A stretch of DNA of 32,000 nt from Candidatus Hermodarchaeota archaeon. GTDB taxonomy: Archaea; Asgardarchaeota; Heimdallarchaeia; Hodarchaeales; Hodarchaeaceae. The notes under the pieces are model-generated. The model was given only the letters and a program-made list of their open reading frames with translations. It was not told the origin of the DNA and searched no databases. Position numbers and translations under genes: made by a program. Location of the stretch: positions 119,001 through 151,000 of the forward strand of contig JBHLKY010000005.1 of the NCBI GenBank assembly GCA_048886185.1, read 5' to 3'. Positions 27,034-32,000 of this stretch are shown piece by piece (within the stretch, counting starts at the first letter, position 1; each line of letters opens with the position of its first letter).

Positions 27034-27232
27034 AAGACTGTTCGGAACACTGAAATCAAAATACTAATTTTCCCCAAATACTTAAAATGATTAATTTTCA
27101 ATTGAGAGTAGCATTTTGAGTTGATTTATTTTGAGAGTAGTAGAGATTTGATGATTAAAGACTAATCCATTCTTGAGGAAGAATGTTTAAGAAAAGAATG
27201 CTAATTCAATAAAGATAAAACGAATAAATGAA

Positions 27233-27610
27233 GTGAATGAAAAAATGGCTGGAATAGTATTTCTTAAAACAACTAATATAGAGAGAATAACAGAATATTA
27301 TACCACAATAATTGGAGCAACCATTTGGCTAGATCAAAAAGATTGTGTCATCCTTAAACATGATAATTTCCTATTTGGGTTCTGTGAAAGAGGAGAAATT
27401 AATACTGGATGGTTATTAACGTTTTTTTTTAAAACAAAAACCGAAGTTGATGAGATATATGAAAAAATAAAGAATTTTTCCACCACAAAACCAGTTCAAA
27501 ACAGTAGATATCAGATTTACCAATTTTTTGCCAAGGATCCTGAAGGAAGAAATTTAGAGTTCCAATCATTTCTCCATGAAATTAATTTTAATTGGAATTC
27601 TTTCCATTGA
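27233..27610 (+). CDS. VOC / glyoxalase-like protein
   Basis: YYTTIIG, LTFFF.TKTEVDEIYEKI, FFAKDPEGRNLEFQ. Confidence 0.85.
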   Translation: MNEKMAGIVFLKTTNIERITEYYTTIIGATIWLDQKDCVILKHDNFLFGFCERGEINTGWLLTFFFKTKTEVDEIYEKIKNFSTTKPVQNSRYQIYQFFAKDPEGRNLEFQSFLHEINFNWNSFH

Positions 27611-27745
27611 GATAACCACCTGCAGCTCTTAACTCATTTTCTTCTAATTAAATTGAGGCACCTATAAAATTTATAAACCCGAGGCGCCAAGAAACAATTA
27701 GAAAAAGGCAAAAAAGATTCTAAATGTCATTTGCCCCGAATTTCG

Positions 27746-30031
27746 TTAAAAGAATGATTCCAAGGTCATATCTTTCTTGTGGAATTCAGGAGGGATCAAA
27801 TTTTCATATGCTCGGAGAATTAGCTTCCGATACTCATTGACGTCATATTGCTCGTTTCCTCTTAGAAGCTGTTCTGCTTTCACACGTTTTTTCCAGTCTT
27901 TTGCCTGTGCATCAATAATAAGATAGCGAATTTTCACCCCAGGTTCGACATTGACCCCTAAAGCAGCCAACTGTTTAGCTGCAATTGCTTGGCGAGAATT
28001 GTTGACATACTCATCAGGGGCGCGTGAGGGGCGAATTGTTACAAACAATTCTTCATGAGGGATATTTCCAGCTTCTAGCTCCTCAGTACACCTTTTGATG
28101 AATCTTTTCGCCCGAAGACTAGCAAGTCGATACTCTTCTCGTGTTCGAGCTTTTGCTAGGATTTTTAGCATATTCATCTGTAATTTCTTGATAAAGGAGG
28201 GACTACTTGACTGGCGGATCTCAATACCACGGATACGAAATGTTCCGTCCGTTTTGACTCCATAATACCGATTTAAGACTCCAATTTCGGGTTCATATCG
28301 TCGTGGAAGGAAAACCATCCAATGATAATCAGCGGAATGCTCGACAGGTAGTTTAACTATGTTTGCCACCTCTTGACGTAATTCACGAGTCATCTCAGTC
28401 GGAACAGGTTCTTCATCAGAATTTTTCAACCAAACTGAATCAACGATCCCCGCAACCACTTCTAAACCATACCTAGAGGCAAGTTGCTGAGTGAGAGTCA
28501 AAGCATGACGACCATAGGCGGATATTGTCTCATGTGACTCAATTCTACCAAAACGAGCGTTTCGATAACCTTGGTAACCGAAACAGCAAACAAGCAGCCA
28601 CTTAAGCACCTTTTGACGGCGATCATAGATCGAATGTAAGTTTCGTTTAGCCTTGAAATACTGACGACGATTTAAGATATTCTCTAATGAAAGACTCACT
28701 AATCCAGGTCTGCGAGTGCAAATGTGATATTCCGTGAGAGGGACTGGTTGAGCTTCTCTTGCCGTACAACACTTGCAGTTAACAGTTTCAGGGGACACAT
28801 TCTTGTGTACCATTATATTAGGATACATGCTTAAGAAATCTAGTTCTGTAACATTCGCATGGAACCCCACTCTTGGAGAGAAGACCAAACCCCCAACATC
28901 TGATTGTAAACTCCAAGCAGGACGAAAAGACTCCGCATCAGCTTTCCTAGCGGGGATTAAAATACCCTGATGGTAAGCTGTTCGCATTTGAACTGCTGAA
29001 AGCGTTGTACCAATTGTTCCTCTCGCGATGCGCTGAGGATCGCTGCATCCCAAACGAACCAGTTCTTGAATGCCTTCTATATTACCATCTTTCCACATAA
29101 AAGAATTTCCGACATCATAATGATGTCGGCCTCCGTCTAGATAGACCCCAAACTGAGAGAAATACACTCGGCCATAGCTGACAAAACTATGCCCTCTCTG
29201 GCTTTTTACTTCTCTTTGCCCTTCTTTGTATCGTATATACCCCTGCTTCTCTTTATTGTACCGTAGATAACTACTTAATGTTCGTTTTCCACGACCAAGT
29301 CTTAAATTCCCTATTCCAGCCCTCACCGCACGATGAGCTATTATGGGGAAAAATGTGTCCCCACCCCGAGTGAACAGAATATCAGGGTCGTTTTTTTGGA
29401 CATAATGCACGCAATCACGAATTAGATTTTCCTCGTTATCCTCTTCAAAAACAACAGGCTCTTCGTCCTGATCAATAACTGATTTTCGCAGAAGAAACTT
29501 GGTTATACGGTTTTCCCGCTTCTCGATAAGGTGTGGGTTTCTGAATATTGGCTGTAGCCAAAGCGTCTTGAACGGTACCGCCTGATAATCCATCTGTACA
29601 TACGACTCAAGAAGATCCCAATTCTTCAGTTCCCCATTTGCCACTTTAATAGTTGCATAAGCATAGGGAAAAAGGCCCGTTTGAAAGCAGAATTGTTGCC
29701 ACAAACTCAAATCGGCGTTGTGCAGGTAGTCACTCCAATACTTTCGTAAATCCTCATAGGTACTTCGGATTTTTTGAGGATTCACCTGGACACGGAAAAC
29801 ATCGGAAAGGGCATGGTCATGGATAGAGAGGTACTTCGAAACTTTTGTAACGTTTTCAATCTCTGGGTGACTAAGTAATTGTCTTTCTATTTGAGGGTCG
29901 TCTTTCGCCAGAAAAAATTCCGCAGTAAGAGGATAAAAAGTACGAATGGTTTTTTTTCCTGTAAGCCAGTATACGTTGACCCCCCAATCAGTAGCTTCGA
30001 TTTCATGGAGCCAAGCACGGATCGGAGACAT
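27746..30031 (-). CDS. polB2: Family B DNA polymerase, archaeal PolB2 (Dpo2-like) clade
   Basis: Motif A DFLSMYP, motif B RQKVLKWLLVCCFGY, motif C GIVDS (in place of YGDTDS), degenerate ExoII DPDILFTRGGD, RGIEIRQ. These substitutions are typical of PolB2. Confidence 0.9.
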   Translation of the reverse strand: MSPIRAWLHEIEATDWGVNVYWLTGKKTIRTFYPLTAEFFLAKDDPQIERQLLSHPEIENVTKVSKYLSIHDHALSDVFRVQVNPQKIRSTYEDLRKYWSDYLHNADLSLWQQFCFQTGLFPYAYATIKVANGELKNWDLLESYVQMDYQAVPFKTLWLQPIFRNPHLIEKRENRITKFLLRKSVIDQDEEPVVFEEDNEENLIRDCVHYVQKNDPDILFTRGGDTFFPIIAHRAVRAGIGNLRLGRGKRTLSSYLRYNKEKQGYIRYKEGQREVKSQRGHSFVSYGRVYFSQFGVYLDGGRHHYDVGNSFMWKDGNIEGIQELVRLGCSDPQRIARGTIGTTLSAVQMRTAYHQGILIPARKADAESFRPAWSLQSDVGGLVFSPRVGFHANVTELDFLSMYPNIMVHKNVSPETVNCKCCTAREAQPVPLTEYHICTRRPGLVSLSLENILNRRQYFKAKRNLHSIYDRRQKVLKWLLVCCFGYQGYRNARFGRIESHETISAYGRHALTLTQQLASRYGLEVVAGIVDSVWLKNSDEEPVPTEMTRELRQEVANIVKLPVEHSADYHWMVFLPRRYEPEIGVLNRYYGVKTDGTFRIRGIEIRQSSSPSFIKKLQMNMLKILAKARTREEYRLASLRAKRFIKRCTEELEAGNIPHEELFVTIRPSRAPDEYVNNSRQAIAAKQLAALGVNVEPGVKIRYLIIDAQAKDWKKRVKAEQLLRGNEQYDVNEYRKLILRAYENLIPPEFHKKDMTLESFF

Positions 30032-30051
30032 TTTCAGCAGAATCCAATTGT

Positions 30052-30342
30052 TTACTGCTCCCCATAGCTCGTGGTTCGTACTGATTTCTTTTCTAGCTTG
30101 GTTAATTTTTCCTTCAGTCTTTGTATTTCCGATTGTTGGGCAATTAGCATGCTCATCACAACATTATCGAAGACAATTGGACGAGTGTTGGCCGATGCCG
30201 CATCCGCAAGTTGGAAAGCATAGAGCCAAAGTTTTGTGAAACTGGCGCGATGAGGATCACGAAGACGATTGGCAAAATGAACCTGCCAGAGTGTACGTTC
30301 TTTTTCCAGCATCACACGATAAGACGGTAACGTTCTACCCAT
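30052..30342 (-). CDS. Small alpha-helical PolB2-associated protein (arCOG07300-like)
   Basis: MGRTLPSYR start and RP..F..VVMSML pattern; lies 20 bp upstream of polB2, the known position of this family. Confidence 0.75.
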   Translation of the reverse strand: MGRTLPSYRVMLEKERTLWQVHFANRLRDPHRASFTKLWLYAFQLADAASANTRPIVFDNVVMSMLIAQQSEIQRLKEKLTKLEKKSVRTTSYGEQ

Positions 30343-30348
30343 AATGGA

Positions 30349-31155
30349 TCACCAAAATTCTGTTAGAGGAATCTGTTGTTTCCCAATTTGTTGATGAGTA
30401 AGTGCCGCTTGGACTGGGGGGCCTCCCTTTTGAACAGTGAATAGGAGAGCATAGTCACTTGAGGAATTCCGAGAGGCAGGAGAGGCTTCGACTCGAATAA
30501 TATCTGTTGCAGCATGCGCAAAAAATGTTCCACCAAGTGGTTTCTGACTCCTTGGAGCATTTTCTGCTGTCATCAACCCGATTAAATCATTTTGAATTGT
30601 TAAACTCTTTAATTTCCCCACAGCCTGAGTTAATTCGAGAATAGAAGATACTACCGTTAATTTGTCGTACTCAAGATACTGTAGAGCCTCATCAGACAAA
30701 TAAAGGGATGATATCTGAGGTACCAAGACTATACGAATACTAGGATTCGTGTCGATTAGTTTAGGCAACTTTTTGGTGAGAATTTCTGTCACTTGATGAT
30801 AATTAAATGCACGTGCTAACTGAATGCGATCTAGTATCGATAACGGATCAAATCCCTGCTTTCTGGCTTCAAATGAGACATTGTAATAAGGAAACACATT
30901 GGCTCCATCAACAAACGCCAAGTCAGTTTCAGGGTTATTTGATAACAGCGAAACTGTGAGTTGAGCTATAAAGGTGCGTGCAACTTTGAGTGACAATTCT
31001 CCTTGAATCAAAGTTAAACTGCCTGGGTACAGTTTAATCACATCATCTAAGTGTGGTATCCCGAGTCGTAAGTATTGCTGCATTTGCTGGTAGCGTGCAT
31101 CAGCTGAGGTGAAAGTATGAGAAAATAAGCCACGATTCCGACAGATTTGGATCAT
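30349..31155 (-). CDS. Inactivated RadA/RecA-like protein of the PolB2 cassette (possible start ATG 31083)
   Basis: LGIPHLDDVI..PGSLTLIQG, FVDGAN.F, LDRIQLARAFNYHQ, KPLGG.FFAH. Walker A (GELSLKVART) and Walker B (IVLVPQIS) are degenerate. Confidence 0.8.
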   Translation of the reverse strand: MIQICRNRGLFSHTFTSADARYQQMQQYLRLGIPHLDDVIKLYPGSLTLIQGELSLKVARTFIAQLTVSLLSNNPETDLAFVDGANVFPYYNVSFEARKQGFDPLSILDRIQLARAFNYHQVTEILTKKLPKLIDTNPSIRIVLVPQISSLYLSDEALQYLEYDKLTVVSSILELTQAVGKLKSLTIQNDLIGLMTAENAPRSQKPLGGTFFAHAATDIIRVEASPASRNSSSDYALLFTVQKGGPPVQAALTHQQIGKQQIPLTEFW

Positions 31156-31373
31156 CCCTAGTCATATGTGGTATATACTTCCCTCCCTCAAATTTGTGAC
31201 ACAGTCTGAGAGATGTCCGAAAATGATGAAAGAGACTGGTTTAAACAACTTCCGAGAAATAAGTGGGATTCGCTTTAATTTCCCCCTTACATGTTTTTAA
31301 TGTATATGTCGACGTAATTGTTCAAACTAGAAGAAGGTAGGGGATTATGAAGAAAACCCATTTACATCAATAA

Positions 31374-32000
31374 TCACTCAAGAACACAAATTTTAATCTC
31401 AAAAGGATCAAAAACCAATGTAGTTGAATCTTCTGTTAATTCTGTTTCTCCTTTTTTCGATCCGTCTATTTTGACCAGAGTACACTTTGTTATCGCAGAA
31501 GAAAATGTAATTTCAGCTGAAACAGTTTCATTCTGCAAATTAAACATAGTTACCCATAATTTTTCATTACGTACTCGTAAGGAAGAAATCCTAATATTTG
31601 GATTATTTATGTAAATTAAAGGATAGAGTAAATCATCTGATCGTTCGTTCAAAGAGAATTGAGTTGTTATTGGCTGCAGTGAAAAAGCCTCAGCATGATC
31701 CTCAGAATATGCTAATGGATCATCCTTTGAATGCAGTATTAGACTATATTCAAATGAATACGTTGAATTTAGTTCTTGTGCACCTGGAGTAGCAATTCTT
31801 GGACCAGCATGTTCGGGCCTTTCAGGAATTCCAGAAAGTGAGAGCCACCCAACTGAACGTACTAAGGTTAAAGCGAGTTGATTTCTGTTTACAAGTTCAA
31901 TCTCTGGCAATCCTTTGTTCATTAAGGTAATAGCATATCGATTTAAATGATCCTCCACTCTAATGTACCGTTTTTGAGGTTGGATTCCAGAAGGTTTTTC
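31374..32000 (-). CDS. C-terminal part of a GH38 alpha-mannosidase (partial, continues beyond the window)
   Basis: NKGLPE, LALTLVRSVGWLS, AGPRIATPGAQ motifs. The frame stays open to 32000 (EKPSGIQPQKRYIRVEDH). Confidence 0.8.
   Translation of the reverse strand, partial: EKPSGIQPQKRYIRVEDHLNRYAITLMNKGLPEIELVNRNQLALTLVRSVGWLSLSGIPERPEHAGPRIATPGAQELNSTYSFEYSLILHSKDDPLAYSEDHAEAFSLQPITTQFSLNERSDDLLYPLIYINNPNIRISSLRVRNEKLWVTMFNLQNETVSAEITFSSAITKCTLVKIDGSKKGETELTEDSTTLVFDPFEIKICVLE

Noticed and set aside
27039-27049. TGTTC-G-GAACA palindrome and the repeated TTGAGAGTAG near the Mre11-like start as an SOS-like box
   Set aside because: Half-site order and spacing do not match LexA boxes, no matching copy was found upstream of the PolB2 cassette, and repeats this short arise by chance.
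598-31792. Short ORFs in the track overlapping longer genes (e.g. 598-828, 2230-2439, 3062-3313, 6165-6482, 7218-7418, 9451-9872, 14246-14494, 15317-15803, 16253-16535, 19209-19415, 28773-28970, 29879-30239, 31598-31792)
   Set aside because: They lie antisense or out of frame within well-supported CDS and show no recognisable motifs; they are expected shadow ORFs.
1-32000. CRISPR array, tRNA/rRNA, IS element or integrase
   Set aside because: No regularly spaced repeats, no cloverleaf with a T-loop in intergenic DNA (GTTCGAATC at ~8401 is inside the methylase CDS), and no transposase or recombinase motifs seen.

Overview
AT-rich archaeal chromosomal segment, most likely from an Asgard archaeon (Heimdallarchaeia/Hodarchaeales-like by inference). 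It encodes two tandem Rab-like GTPases, a roadblock/LC7 protein, a longin domain and PGF-CTERM-type surface proteins, with GGAG/GAGGT ribosome-binding sites and oligo-T terminators. About 32 CDS are supported. They include housekeeping enzymes (MBL hydrolase, amidohydrolase, GNAT, THEP1 NTPase, SufS-type desulfurase, radical SAM, MoxR/VWA pair, Isf flavoprotein, flavin reductase, VOC, partial GH38 mannosidase), an orphan N6-MTase fused to one specificity domain, and a three-gene inactive-RadA / small protein / PolB2 cassette. I found no rRNA, tRNA, CRISPR array or transposase. The most unusual items are: (1) a histone-fold + longin + acidic helical + Lys/Arg-tail fusion protein (177-1274) whose histone fold has lost most DNA- and tetramer-contact residues; (2) a TFB-core-like protein with no Zn ribbon; (3) a PolB2 cassette in which both the RadA paralog and the polymerase end in PIP-box-like motifs; (4) a circularly permuted ABC family-5 binding protein; (5) a phosphoesterase-Rab-Rab gene run; (6) a divergent kinase-like protein; (7) a small in-frame-TGA (Cys-Pro-His-TGA) reading frame. 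All family calls come from motif reading by eye; no database search was run.
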